From the IMG/VR virus record IMGVR_UViG_3300046523_000170: a stretch of 20,000 nt of DNA. One strand, given 5' to 3'. The position numbers and the translations under genes are program-made. The notes beneath the pieces were generated by a model. It was not told the DNA's origin. It did no database searches and was given only the letters and a program-made list of their open reading frames with translations. The stretch is from an uncultured virus (IMG/VR IMGVR_UViG_3300046523_000170) (taxonomy: Duplodnaviria > Heunggongvirae > Uroviricota > Caudoviricetes). This document shows positions 1-9,104 of this stretch, piece by piece. Position 1 is the stretch's first letter; the number at the start of each line of letters is the position of its first letter.

Positions 1-61
1 TGCATGCAGGACCACTTACTTTTGAAGCTTGCGGTGGTCGAGCTTGCACTCACAGAGATTG

Positions 62-436
62 TTAGCTGTCCCGCTCCAACTGATAGATGTAGTACGTAAT
101 CTCGCCCAGGACCGTGTGTATCCCTGAGCGCCACTTCTGGCTTGATGGATTAGTATCGGTGCGCAGCATGAACCTCGCCGAAGCTTCGCGCATCGCAGGG
201 TCGAAAAAAGCCGATTCGTAGATCGTTTGCGGGGCTCGATCATCGTTGATCTTTCCGCGCTTCGCCGCAGCCTTGATGTCCGCTTTAAGATCGACCGTCC
301 TCGCGCGGAGATTGTCTTCCATCCAGGGCGCCAACTTTGGCCCGTTGCCGGCATCGTGAAGCATCTCATTGATGCGGGTTTCAAAGGCTTGTAAGGCTGT
401 GAGGACGCGCTTAGCCTCTTCGGAATCGAAGTCCAT
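62..436 (-). CDS. Hypothetical alpha-helical protein (~124 aa), second gene of a minus-strand moron pair
   Basis: ORF 62..457. ATG at 436 lies 8 nt downstream of the upstream gene's stop; an alternative GTG at 457 overlaps that gene. Protein-like composition, no recognised motif. Confidence 0.7.
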   Translation of the reverse strand: MDFDSEEAKRVLTALQAFETRINEMLHDAGNGPKLAPWMEDNLRARTVDLKADIKAAAKRGKINDDRAPQTIYESAFFDPAMREASARFMLRTDTNPSSQKWRSGIHTVLGEITYYIYQLERDS

Positions 437-444
437 AACGGCTT

Positions 445-726
445 TCAGCGGTACCACTGTTCCTGCATATGTTTAACGACGTCTGCAGGAAGGTTGAAGG
501 AGTAAAAGTTGTTTCCGGTGGCGTCAATAACGATGAGCTTATCGTTAGCGGTCATAGATGACCAAACGTGCTTGGCCGCTTGCTCCGCATTCAAAACGCT
601 CTTGACGTAAAACATCGAGTACTCAAGCTTAGCCCAACTCCCGAGTGACTTAACTGCTTCGGTGACTTTCGCGTAGTCCCTGTCCGGAGCAATCAGGTCA
701 TACGAAACGAAAAGATTGTTTGCCAC
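445..726 (-). CDS. Small Cas2/VapD-like (ferredoxin-fold) protein, ~93 aa
   Basis: GGAGG RBS precedes GTG at 726. N-terminal hydrophobic strand plus SYDL (NNLFVSYDL), then a helix, GSWAKLEYSMFYV and DKLIVID, matching the Cas2/VapD-like pattern. No CRISPR array or cas1 in the window. Confidence 0.65.
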   Translation of the reverse strand: MANNLFVSYDLIAPDRDYAKVTEAVKSLGSWAKLEYSMFYVKSVLNAEQAAKHVWSSMTANDKLIVIDATGNNFYSFNLPADVVKHMQEQWYR

Positions 727-796
727 AGCTTGCCTCCGTAAAATTGTCATTTGGAAATGATAATTTAGCATAAAGACATTTCTTTTTGGTAAACAT

Positions 797-827
797 AAAA
801 GGGGTGGTTAAGTCGACCACCCCTTTT
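797..827. terminator. Bidirectional intrinsic terminator-like hairpin
   Basis: AAAAGGGGTGGT-N7-ACCACCCCTTTT perfect inverted repeat with A/T tracts on both sides. Confidence 0.65.
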
Positions 828-880
828 GCGTTCTATGGTTGGGTCGGGCCCGGTCCGGCGCGGCATGGGTAGAAAGCGAG

Positions 881-901
881 AGCTCTCTTCGGAGGGCTTT
901 T
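881..901 (+). terminator. Intrinsic terminator-like hairpin
   Basis: AGCTCTC-TTCG-GAGGGCT followed by TTT; UUCG tetraloop. Confidence 0.5.
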
Positions 902-958
902 CGTGTTCACTGTTTGCACTGCGGTAATATATTCGCTCTTTCACCCTAGGAGGGAGCG

Positions 959-1303
959 ATGAAACGCCTGTTATGGATCGGTTTGGCCTTCGTGTCGTGC
1001 GGAGTTATGGCGCAAGGGAATCCCTGCAAGGAGCCAGAGTACCTCTTCATCAAGAGTGCTAGTAAAGCAGAGATGCGAGATGAGTATTGCTCGTTGACCC
1101 GGCACGCACAAAGCAATGACAAGTCCCATCAAATTACACAGGACTCGATCGCGAGGAAGCGGGGGAAGCATCTAGATACCTCGAATGAACGCGAGGTAAG
1201 CATGAGCGAACTGAAAGCGGCAACCTCTTGCAAGGTGGCTGCGGGAGCAATCGCAGACGCGTTATCGCGGCGCTTCAAGAGCAAGCCACCACCGTGTAAC
1301 TAA
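959..1303 (+). CDS. Secreted/periplasmic hypothetical protein (moron)
   Basis: Strong RBS (AGGAGGGAG), Sec-type signal peptide MKRLLWIGLAFVSCGVMA and four Cys in the mature part; followed by terminators. Confidence 0.8.
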   Translation: MKRLLWIGLAFVSCGVMAQGNPCKEPEYLFIKSASKAEMRDEYCSLTRHAQSNDKSHQITQDSIARKRGKHLDTSNEREVSMSELKAATSCKVAAGAIADALSRRFKSKPPPCN

Positions 1304-1316
1304 AACAGAATTCGAT

Positions 1317-1369
1317 AAGCCAGCCTAGAGCTGGCTTTTTGTTGGGCGCCTTCGGGTGCCCTTTTTTTT
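1317..1369 (+). terminator. Two tandem intrinsic terminators
   Basis: AAGCCAGC-CTAGA-GCTGGCTTTTT (1317-1340) and GGGCGCC-TTCG-GGTGCCC-T8 (1344-1369). Confidence 0.8.
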
Positions 1370-1379
1370 GGACGGATGA

Positions 1380-4300
1380 ATGAGCGAGATCACCAATACC
1401 GCAACGATTCGAGTCGTCGCTGACGCCAGCGGAGTTGAGGCTGGCTTGCGGCCGGCTGTCGATGCTGCCCAGCGCGCGGGACAGGCCGTGGCGCAGGTCG
1501 GCGCTGGCGCGACGGCGTCGGCTCGGAATGTCGAAAGCGCACAACGCAGCATCATCGGCTCGATTCAGCGCACTACGGCGGCAATGGAGTCAGGTGGTCG
1601 CCAGAGCGCAGCCTATTACGAAGTGATGGCGCGCCAGCGTGGGGTCGACCCTGCAGCACTCCGCCCGTACTTGGACCAGCTGCGCGCCGTCGAACAGGCT
1701 CAGGCTCGCACGGCGGTTTCGGCTGGAGCGTCGGCAGGGCAGATTGCCGCTGCCATGCGTCAGGTTCCAGCCCAGGTAACGGATATAGTCACCTCGCTGC
1801 AAGGCGGTCAAGCCCCACTCACGGTGTTCCTGCAGCAGGGGGGGCAGCTGCGCGATAGCTTCGGCAGCGCAGGTACTGCCGCGCGCGCACTTGGCGGGTA
1901 TGTTCTTGGGCTTATCAATCCCTATACTGTTGCCGCGGCAGCCGCCGGCGTCCTTGCGCTGGCTTACAAGTCAGGCGCCGACGAGTCGGCACGCTTCGAG
2001 CGCTCCATCATCTTGAGTGGCAATGCGGCAGGCGTGACATCGGGGCGCCTCACAGACATGGCGCGGACCGTTGCCGCCATTTCCGGCTCCCGCGACGCCG
2101 CTGACGCGGTGGCTGCGCTGGTGGAGACTGCCCAGGTACCGGCCGACAGCCTACAGAAGTTCGCCATCGTGGCGATCGGCGCGCAGCAGATCCTCGGACG
2201 CGCCGTCGAGGACACCGTCGGCGAGTTCGAAAAGCTCGGCAAGTCGCCACTGCAGGCCCTGAACGCGATCGACGAGAAGTACCACTTCATTGACGCTAGC
2301 ACCCTCCGGGTGGTGAAGGCGCTGCAGGACCAGGGCGAGATGACGCGTGCTGCAGATGTGGCGCAACAGGCTTACGCGAACGGCGTTCAAGAGCAGAAGG
2401 ATAAGGTTCTTGCCACGCTCAACAGCTGGGAAAAGGCTTGGCTGGGCCTGAAGATGTACGCGTCGGATGCAGCAAATGCCGCGATCAATTTTGCGGGAGG
2501 TCGCGAGAAATCGAGTTCCGACAAGATCGATGATCTTCTCGACGAGCGAAAAGCGCTTGAAGCAAATCTAGATCGCGCGAAGAAGCGTAACCTCGCCGCC
2601 GACGTGGCCTCCTATCAGGCTGAGCTGGACGCCAACGAGCGTTCGATCAACGCCCTCCGCAATAAGACTGCAGCCCAGAACGACCAGGCCAAGGCAGCAG
2701 CCGCAGCGCAGAAGGTCGACGACGCGCAGAAGGAGTGGGACAAACAGTCAGACAAGTTCCTAAATCGCGAGGCACAACAGCGCCGCGACATCGCGGCTGC
2801 AATTCAGCTTGGCAAAGAAGCACACCTTGACTCGGCAGTCGTGGAAAAGCGAGTCGCGGATATCCGCAAATCCTATTCGGACCTGTACAACGCCGGCATC
2901 GATTCGAACATCGCTGCTCTCAAGCGGCGCGACCAAGTTGAAGACGTGCTCGCGCAGCGCCGGATTGCTCGAATTGCGACTCAGCGAAACATTGGCGATA
3001 TCAGCGAAGAGCAGTCGATCAACGACACCGCGAAGGAAGAGCTCGCGAAGATTGATCGCGAAATCCGGTCCAAGCAGGCGGAGCTGGACCAAGTCAAGAA
3101 GAAATTTAACTCCGGCAAGGACCAGGCTGACAAAGAGGGTGAAATTCAGGCGCTCCGAGGGCAGCGCTCGAACCGCGAAGAGAAGCAAACAAACGACCTT
3201 ATCGAGCTTCAAGATCGCCGCCGCCAAAGTTCTGAGGCGCTTTACAAGACTGGTATCGTCGGCGCCACGGCGGAACTAAATAGCATCATTGCTCAAACCG
3301 AGGCTCAGTTCGAGGCAAACCAAGCGATTGGCTTGAGCACGAAGCAGGTCGCTGAGTTGCAGGCGGCCCGGATGTACAACGTAGCCGCGCGGAAGGAAGA
3401 GACTGCAGCCGATCTTGAGGCGGTGGAGCCCGGCAATAAGCTGGCGAAAATCTACCGCGATCAGGCGCAGCAAATGCGTGATCTCGCTGATGCCAAGGTT
3501 CGTGGGGCGGCAAAGCAAGAGCTTTACGACAAACCTCTGCAAGACCTGAACGCGATGGTCGACATTCTTGGCGCCCTCGATGAGGCTGCGCAGTCGGCAG
3601 CGCAAGGCATGGCCAGCGCATTCGGTAGCGTTGGTTCTGCTATCGGTGGCATGACCACGGCGCTAACCGGTTACGAGCGCACTCAAGCAGCAATCGCTGC
3701 GCAGCTGGCGGGCTCCATCAAGGATGCGCATGGCGACCCCGCCAAGATCCAGCGTGCAAACCAGATGGCGGCCGAGGCTTCCGCTCAAGCTCAGATCAAG
3801 AGCTACGGCGACATGGCCAGCGCAGCTAAGGGCTTCTTCGATAAAAACTCGAAGGGCTACCAAGTTCTGCAAGGTGTCGAGAAGGCCTATCGGGCTGCTG
3901 AGATGGTGATGGCCATCGAGTCGATGACGAAGAAGATCTTCTTCAAAGAGACCGAGGTGGCAGCGAATGCTGCGTTGAATGCGGCGAAGCTGTCCGGCGA
4001 GGCTACGGCTTCCGCCGCATCAACTGGCCTGGCTGCGACTGAGGCGAGCGCTTGGGGTGTGACCGCGGTAGTGAAGGCGATCGCCTCAATGCCATTCCCG
4101 CTGAACCTGGCTGCGGGTGCTGCTACCCTTGCTGCCGTCGTTGGCATCGGCGCCAAGATAATGGGCAGTGTTGGCGGCGCCGGCGTCGGCATGTCAGAGG
4201 ATCGCCAGAAGAAGCAGGGTACCGGGTCGGTGCTGGGCGACGGCGACGCGAAGTCAGAGTCGATCAAGAACGCGCTCGATGCGGTCGAGAAGAATACCTA

Positions 4301-6692
4301 CCAGGGCCTTTCGATCAACTACAACATGCTGGCCTCCCTGCGCAGCATCGATACGAATATCGGCAGCTTCGCGAGCCAGCTGGTACGGTCGACCGACGTC
4401 ACCGGGAAGTATGCGGCGACAACAAACTCGTTCGGCGGCGGCTTCCTCGGCAACGTGATGAGCAGCATCTTCGGCGGGAAGACCTCGGTGGCAGACACCG
4501 GCTTCACGCTGAGTCCAACGTCGTTGGCTGATGCGCTAGCTAAGGGCGTGAGCGGTATGCAGTACGCCGACATGCACAAGTCAGGTGGTTGGTTCAGTAG
4601 CGGTAAAGATTGGACGGACTCGAAGTCGCTTGGCGCTGCGGCAAACACTCAGTTCGCTGCCGTCATTAAGTCCCTGGCGGGTAGCGTCAAGACTGCTGGT
4701 GAGCTGCTTGGACTTTCGGGCGACGACTTCGCCAACAAGCTGAATAGCTTCGTAATCGACATCGGCAAGGTCAGCCTGAAGGATTTGAAGGGCGACGATC
4801 TGCAAAAAGCAGTGGAGTCGATCTTCTCGAAGCTCGGCGACGACTTGGCGCAGTTTGCCGTAGGCGGCCTGCAGGATTTGCAGCAGGTCGGCGAGGGTTA
4901 CCTCGAGACCCTGGCCCGCATTGGGTCCGAATACCAGACGATCGACATTGTGTTCCAGTCGTTTGGCAAGACATTCGGCGAGGTCGGCGTAGCTTCTGCT
5001 GGCGCGCGCGACCGCCTGGTGCAGCTGGCCGGTGGGCTGGATAAGTTTACCAGTCAGGGCGAGTACTTCCTGACCAATTTCTTCAGCGAACAGGAGCAGG
5101 CCGCAGCGCTGAAGTCTCGCATCGACCCAACGCTGGCACAGTATGGCCTATCGTCCTCGGGTGAGAACGCGATAAAGGTGTTCCAAGATTTTGTCGTCTG
5201 CCTGGACACCACGACTGAGGCAGGTGCAAAAGCCTACACCGAATTGATGTCGATCGCACCGGCATTTAAAACGGTTGTCGATGCGCAGCGGGGAGCCACC
5301 AGGGACCTGCTGGACATCCAAGCGCAGACCTACAAGCTGCTAAACGACAAGGTGGGCGAAGCGACGGTGCTGGAGAGGCAGCATGCTCTTGCCTTGGCTG
5401 ACCTGAGCCCTGCAATGAGGGCCGCAACCCAGAAACTTTGGGATCTGCAAGCCGCGGCAGATGCAATCGATAAGGTCAAGAGCGATGGCTCTGCCCTGCT
5501 TAACAACGTCGACAATGCCTACTCAGTGCTGCAGGGGATAGTCGGTCGCGAGAAGGATCTGCTGCAGAAGCGCATCGACAAGGAGACTGAGGCGGTCAAC
5601 CGGCTGAAGGGGCTCACGGATTCGATCGCCAGCACCCTGGATAGCTTCAAAGTGCCGGGAACTGAGCTATCTCGACGTCAAGCGGCTCAGGCAGAAATTC
5701 GCGCCAACCTAGCCATAACGAAGGCCGGTGGTTCGCTTTCCGATGATCAGGTGGCGTCGCTGAAAAAAGCCCTTAGCGTAGTGACGGAGGACGTGTCGAG
5801 CCAGTTCAGGTCATACCAGGATTACTTGCGCGACCTGTACCAGACCAAGAACGACATTGCTGCACTCGGGTCCGTCACTGGCGACCAGCTGGATACGCAG
5901 CAAGCGCAGCTCGACTTGGACAAAAAGCAGGTCGAGCAGTACGACCTGATGCTGACCAAGGCCCAAGAGCAGGTCAATGTGCTCAAGGGAATCAGCACGA
6001 CAGGGCTAAATATCGAGCAAGCGCTCAAAGGGGTGGGGACTGCGATCCTTGCGGCTAAAGGAAATTCGTCTGTCGCTGGTGTGTCAGCTATTGCGGCGAC
6101 GTATCAGTCTGCACTTGGTCGTGCTCCTGACGCTGCCGGGCTGGACTACTGGCAGAACATTGCGGCAGGTGGCACGCCGCTGTCGACCATCACTGACGCG
6201 ATCTCCAATTCGGCAGAGGCACAGGTACAAAAGCTGTACCACGATCTGTTAGGGCGTACGGCAGACGCAGCTGGGCTCGATTACTGGCTGAAGTCTGGCG
6301 CTTCAATGGAAACGATCAAGTCCAGGTTCGTGGACTCGGATGAGTACAAGAAGCTGCACCCATTCGCCGTCGGCACGAACTTTGTGCCGGAGACGATGCC
6401 GGCGCTTGTCCACCAGGGTGAGCGAATCATCCCGGCAGCGGATAACCGGGCGCTGATGTCTGTTCGCGCGCGCGCGGGGTCTGGTGGCAATGAAGCTTTA
6501 GTTGCCGAGATTCGGGCGCTGCGTACTGAGGTTGCCGAGCTGAAAAGTGCGGCGAGCAGAACGGCCGACGCAACGGAAAAGACTGCCGGTAGTACCGGAC
6601 AGCTTGCCGAGCAAGTCGATAACGTTACGGATGGTGGTAACGCAATGCGTGCCGATGTGTTTGGCATCGTGAGGACGAAGGAGGTTGCGTGA
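1380..6692 (+). CDS. Phage tail length tape measure protein with C-terminal DUF4214-like repeats
   Basis: 1770 aa, Ala-rich and coiled-coil. Lambda-type TMP motif RQVPAQVTDIVTSLQGGQAPLTVFLQQGGQLRDSFG; C-terminal FAVGTNFVP..ALVHQGERIIP; sits ahead of tail-tip genes. Confidence 0.93.
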   Translation: MSEITNTATIRVVADASGVEAGLRPAVDAAQRAGQAVAQVGAGATASARNVESAQRSIIGSIQRTTAAMESGGRQSAAYYEVMARQRGVDPAALRPYLDQLRAVEQAQARTAVSAGASAGQIAAAMRQVPAQVTDIVTSLQGGQAPLTVFLQQGGQLRDSFGSAGTAARALGGYVLGLINPYTVAAAAAGVLALAYKSGADESARFERSIILSGNAAGVTSGRLTDMARTVAAISGSRDAADAVAALVETAQVPADSLQKFAIVAIGAQQILGRAVEDTVGEFEKLGKSPLQALNAIDEKYHFIDASTLRVVKALQDQGEMTRAADVAQQAYANGVQEQKDKVLATLNSWEKAWLGLKMYASDAANAAINFAGGREKSSSDKIDDLLDERKALEANLDRAKKRNLAADVASYQAELDANERSINALRNKTAAQNDQAKAAAAAQKVDDAQKEWDKQSDKFLNREAQQRRDIAAAIQLGKEAHLDSAVVEKRVADIRKSYSDLYNAGIDSNIAALKRRDQVEDVLAQRRIARIATQRNIGDISEEQSINDTAKEELAKIDREIRSKQAELDQVKKKFNSGKDQADKEGEIQALRGQRSNREEKQTNDLIELQDRRRQSSEALYKTGIVGATAELNSIIAQTEAQFEANQAIGLSTKQVAELQAARMYNVAARKEETAADLEAVEPGNKLAKIYRDQAQQMRDLADAKVRGAAKQELYDKPLQDLNAMVDILGALDEAAQSAAQGMASAFGSVGSAIGGMTTALTGYERTQAAIAAQLAGSIKDAHGDPAKIQRANQMAAEASAQAQIKSYGDMASAAKGFFDKNSKGYQVLQGVEKAYRAAEMVMAIESMTKKIFFKETEVAANAALNAAKLSGEATASAASTGLAATEASAWGVTAVVKAIASMPFPLNLAAGAATLAAVVGIGAKIMGSVGGAGVGMSEDRQKKQGTGSVLGDGDAKSESIKNALDAVEKNTYQGLSINYNMLASLRSIDTNIGSFASQLVRSTDVTGKYAATTNSFGGGFLGNVMSSIFGGKTSVADTGFTLSPTSLADALAKGVSGMQYADMHKSGGWFSSGKDWTDSKSLGAAANTQFAAVIKSLAGSVKTAGELLGLSGDDFANKLNSFVIDIGKVSLKDLKGDDLQKAVESIFSKLGDDLAQFAVGGLQDLQQVGEGYLETLARIGSEYQTIDIVFQSFGKTFGEVGVASAGARDRLVQLAGGLDKFTSQGEYFLTNFFSEQEQAAALKSRIDPTLAQYGLSSSGENAIKVFQDFVVCLDTTTEAGAKAYTELMSIAPAFKTVVDAQRGATRDLLDIQAQTYKLLNDKVGEATVLERQHALALADLSPAMRAATQKLWDLQAAADAIDKVKSDGSALLNNVDNAYSVLQGIVGREKDLLQKRIDKETEAVNRLKGLTDSIASTLDSFKVPGTELSRRQAAQAEIRANLAITKAGGSLSDDQVASLKKALSVVTEDVSSQFRSYQDYLRDLYQTKNDIAALGSVTGDQLDTQQAQLDLDKKQVEQYDLMLTKAQEQVNVLKGISTTGLNIEQALKGVGTAILAAKGNSSVAGVSAIAATYQSALGRAPDAAGLDYWQNIAAGGTPLSTITDAISNSAEAQVQKLYHDLLGRTADAAGLDYWLKSGASMETIKSRFVDSDEYKKLHPFAVGTNFVPETMPALVHQGERIIPAADNRALMSVRARAGSGGNEALVAEIRALRTEVAELKSAASRTADATEKTAGSTGQLAEQVDNVTDGGNAMRADVFGIVRTKEVA

Positions 6693-7624
6693 CGACTAGT
6701 GCAAGGGTGATGGTTCCGGTTGATGTCACAGCCAACATGATCATGGCTGGGACATCGATCCCCGAACCTGACGTGGCGAACGGCGAAGTTGCATGGGTTT
6801 CCGGTGCCAGCTACTCAATCAACGACGAGCGTACATACAACGGCTCCGTGTGGGGATGTACTGCAACCCATTCGGGCCGTTCCACCGCGCCGGATATCGA
6901 CAGCAACTACTGGTACCGGGTGGGGCCGACAAACCGCATGGCACCGTTCGACGACTACTCGAATACGAAGGTGGTTGCCACTGGCTCAATGACTTACGTG
7001 GTGAAGCCCGGGTTCTTCAACGGGGTGTCGGTCTACGGCGCTGAGGGCTCAAGCTACAACATCGCGGTTCGTGACGGCTCAAGTGGTCCAGTAATGCGCT
7101 CTTGGTCGGGTGACTTGTACAGCCAGGCGGCCGGGTTCTATGAGCTCCTCTTTTCGCCATTAACCAAGACTGACCAGATCTCGTTCGATGATGTTCCCCT
7201 ATCCCCGGATGCTGAGGTGACGATCACCATCACCGCAGGGCCCGGGGGAAGAGTGGCGATCGGGACGATTAAGTTTGGTGATTGGCGCCAGTTCATCGGA
7301 GACGGAGTCTTCGGGGGAACGCAGTACGGCGCCGAATCCAACCGGAAGAGCCGGACGCTGAGGGAATACAACTTTGACGGCACTTACAAGATAACGCGCC
7401 GCGCGACGAGCCGCGATGTCAGTTGCAGCATCGTTATTAGTGCTGAACAAGCTATGAGCGCTGATGCCATCTTGGGCGAAATCATCGACACTGCGGTGCC
7501 ATTCGAGGCCAGCGGCTTGCCGCAGTACGGATACCTGAACACCCTTGGATTTGTTACGGGAAGCATTCGCGCGGATAGCTCCGGTACGACTTCGATCAAC
7601 TTGAAAGTGGAAGGCAATATCTGA
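6689..7624 (+). CDS. Phage tail (distal tail/tip) protein
   Basis: GTGA overlap with the TMP stop. Beta-rich; the N-terminal AWVSGASYSINDERTYNGSVW resembles small carbohydrate-binding modules. Synteny supports the call. Confidence 0.7.
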   Translation: MTTSARVMVPVDVTANMIMAGTSIPEPDVANGEVAWVSGASYSINDERTYNGSVWGCTATHSGRSTAPDIDSNYWYRVGPTNRMAPFDDYSNTKVVATGSMTYVVKPGFFNGVSVYGAEGSSYNIAVRDGSSGPVMRSWSGDLYSQAAGFYELLFSPLTKTDQISFDDVPLSPDAEVTITITAGPGGRVAIGTIKFGDWRQFIGDGVFGGTQYGAESNRKSRTLREYNFDGTYKITRRATSRDVSCSIVISAEQAMSADAILGEIIDTAVPFEASGLPQYGYLNTLGFVTGSIRADSSGTTSINLKVEGNI

Positions 7625-8613
7625 TGGAAATTTCACCTGTTCCACCATTCCCGGCTTTGTCGGATCGTGCGACCGGCACATACAACAGCAAGGCCTTCGC
7701 TTGGGCCTCGCACATGGCCGACACGTTCGTGCCCGAGGCCAATGCACTTACGGCAAACCTTAACTCCATCGCCGCTGGCGGAGCGTATGCGATTCCGTAT
7801 CAATTTAGCTCAGCTAACCTCTCGAACACCACGGGCATGCTGTCCATGGATAACGCGGCGGCTCAAAGCTCTACCGCAAATATCTACATCAACAGGACGC
7901 TTGCAGCCGGCACTGCTGTCGGCACAGTTCTTGACACGTTTGACGATTCAACCAGTGTCGTTAAAGGGGTCATCCGAATTCAGAAGCAAGGCGACACAAG
8001 CAAATGGCTGATGTTTGCCATAACGGCTATGAGCGCTGCCGCGGCCTACAATCAACTCAACGTTTTATATGTTGGCGGCTCATCGGCGAATCCATTTACG
8101 CTCGGCGATGCCCTATTGCTGTACTTCCAGCGCAACGGCGACAAGGGCGACACTGGTCCAATGGCGGTTTATCCGTATGCGAAGTTCACCGAGCAACTTG
8201 CGTCGGGGACGGCTGGCGCGTCAACCGGTACGGGGACGGCAACCAGACCGCTCAACACTGTGGCGCAGAACTCAATCTCTGGCGCGTCGTTGGCTTCATC
8301 GACGATTACCCTCCCAGCAGGAACGTACGACTTCCGCGGGCGCGCTGGTGTAGCTGGCAATGCCAATTCGTACAACAAGTCGTACCTGCAGAACGTCACC
8401 GACAGCATCCAATTCATGGGGTCGGCCCGCTACGCAAACGTGGCGACGCAAGATAACTGCGACTCATTTTTCAGTGGTCGCTTCACGATCGCTGCAACGA
8501 AGACCTTTCAAATCCGTACTTTCGTCGGATCGGTCGCAACTACGTTCGGCGCGCCTGCCTCAGGCGGTGCTGTTGAAATCTACTCCGAAGTCGAATTCTG
8601 GAAGGTCGCCTAA
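7624..8613 (+). CDS. Putative tail fibre / receptor-binding protein
   Basis: Coupled to the previous gene. Ser/Thr/Ala/Gly-rich, with a short collagen-like GDKGDTGP linker before a beta-rich C-terminal domain (TITLPAGTYDF). Confidence 0.7.
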   Translation: MEISPVPPFPALSDRATGTYNSKAFAWASHMADTFVPEANALTANLNSIAAGGAYAIPYQFSSANLSNTTGMLSMDNAAAQSSTANIYINRTLAAGTAVGTVLDTFDDSTSVVKGVIRIQKQGDTSKWLMFAITAMSAAAAYNQLNVLYVGGSSANPFTLGDALLLYFQRNGDKGDTGPMAVYPYAKFTEQLASGTAGASTGTGTATRPLNTVAQNSISGASLASSTITLPAGTYDFRGRAGVAGNANSYNKSYLQNVTDSIQFMGSARYANVATQDNCDSFFSGRFTIAATKTFQIRTFVGSVATTFGAPASGGAVEIYSEVEFWKVA

Positions 8614-9104
8614 TGGACAGCCTCATCGAGCAGCCGGACGCGCCACAGGCCGTACGCTATGTTACCTACACCGAAGACGGCGCTCTCGACGGCTGCTACC
8701 TGCAAGCGCCGCCCGAGGAACACGCTAGCCGCCTGATCGTCGTAGATGAAGACTTGGCGCCGGCGTGGGTTGACTACTGTGCCAACGAGGCGCGCGACGG
8801 CATCGAGCTGATGCCGCCGGTGGCGCCGGCCGATCCTGCGCCGGTTGTGCCGTCTAAGGTCACGCGGCGACAAGCCCGCCAGGCGCTGTTGCTGGACGGT
8901 CGGCTCGACGCCGTTCCAGTGGCGATCGCCGCGCTCGATGACGGCACCCCGGGCGGCAACCAGAAAATGCGCATGGCTCAGATCGAGTGGGAAGACTCGC
9001 TCGAGTTCGAGCGCGCGCGCCCGCTGGTGATCGAGATCGCGGGCGCTATCGGCCTCGATGCCGCGGCGCTGGACCAATTGTTCATCACCGCTGCGGGGCT
9101 GTGA
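8613..9104 (+). CDS. Putative tail fibre assembly/chaperone protein
   Basis: Follows the fibre gene. Acidic, with VPSKVTRRQARQALL...IEWEDSLEFER...LDQLFITAA, typical of small genes after fibres. Confidence 0.65.
   Translation: MDSLIEQPDAPQAVRYVTYTEDGALDGCYLQAPPEEHASRLIVVDEDLAPAWVDYCANEARDGIELMPPVAPADPAPVVPSKVTRRQARQALLLDGRLDAVPVAIAALDDGTPGGNQKMRMAQIEWEDSLEFERARPLVIEIAGAIGLDAAALDQLFITAAGL

Noticed and set aside
16..384. 122-aa minus-strand ORF overlapping 62..436
   Set aside because: An Arg/Ser-rich alternative frame of the more plausible gene.
445..726. CRISPR-Cas locus suggested by the Cas2-like gene
   Set aside because: No repeat-spacer array, cas1 or other cas genes are visible in the window.
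1435..6667. Numerous short alternative-frame and antisense ORFs within the tape measure gene
   Set aside because: Typical shadow ORFs of a GC-rich gene, with no independent signals.
7624..9104. Diversity-generating retroelement or invertible tail-fibre cassette
   Set aside because: No reverse transcriptase, invertase or template/variable repeat pair was seen by eye; a self-dotplot would confirm.
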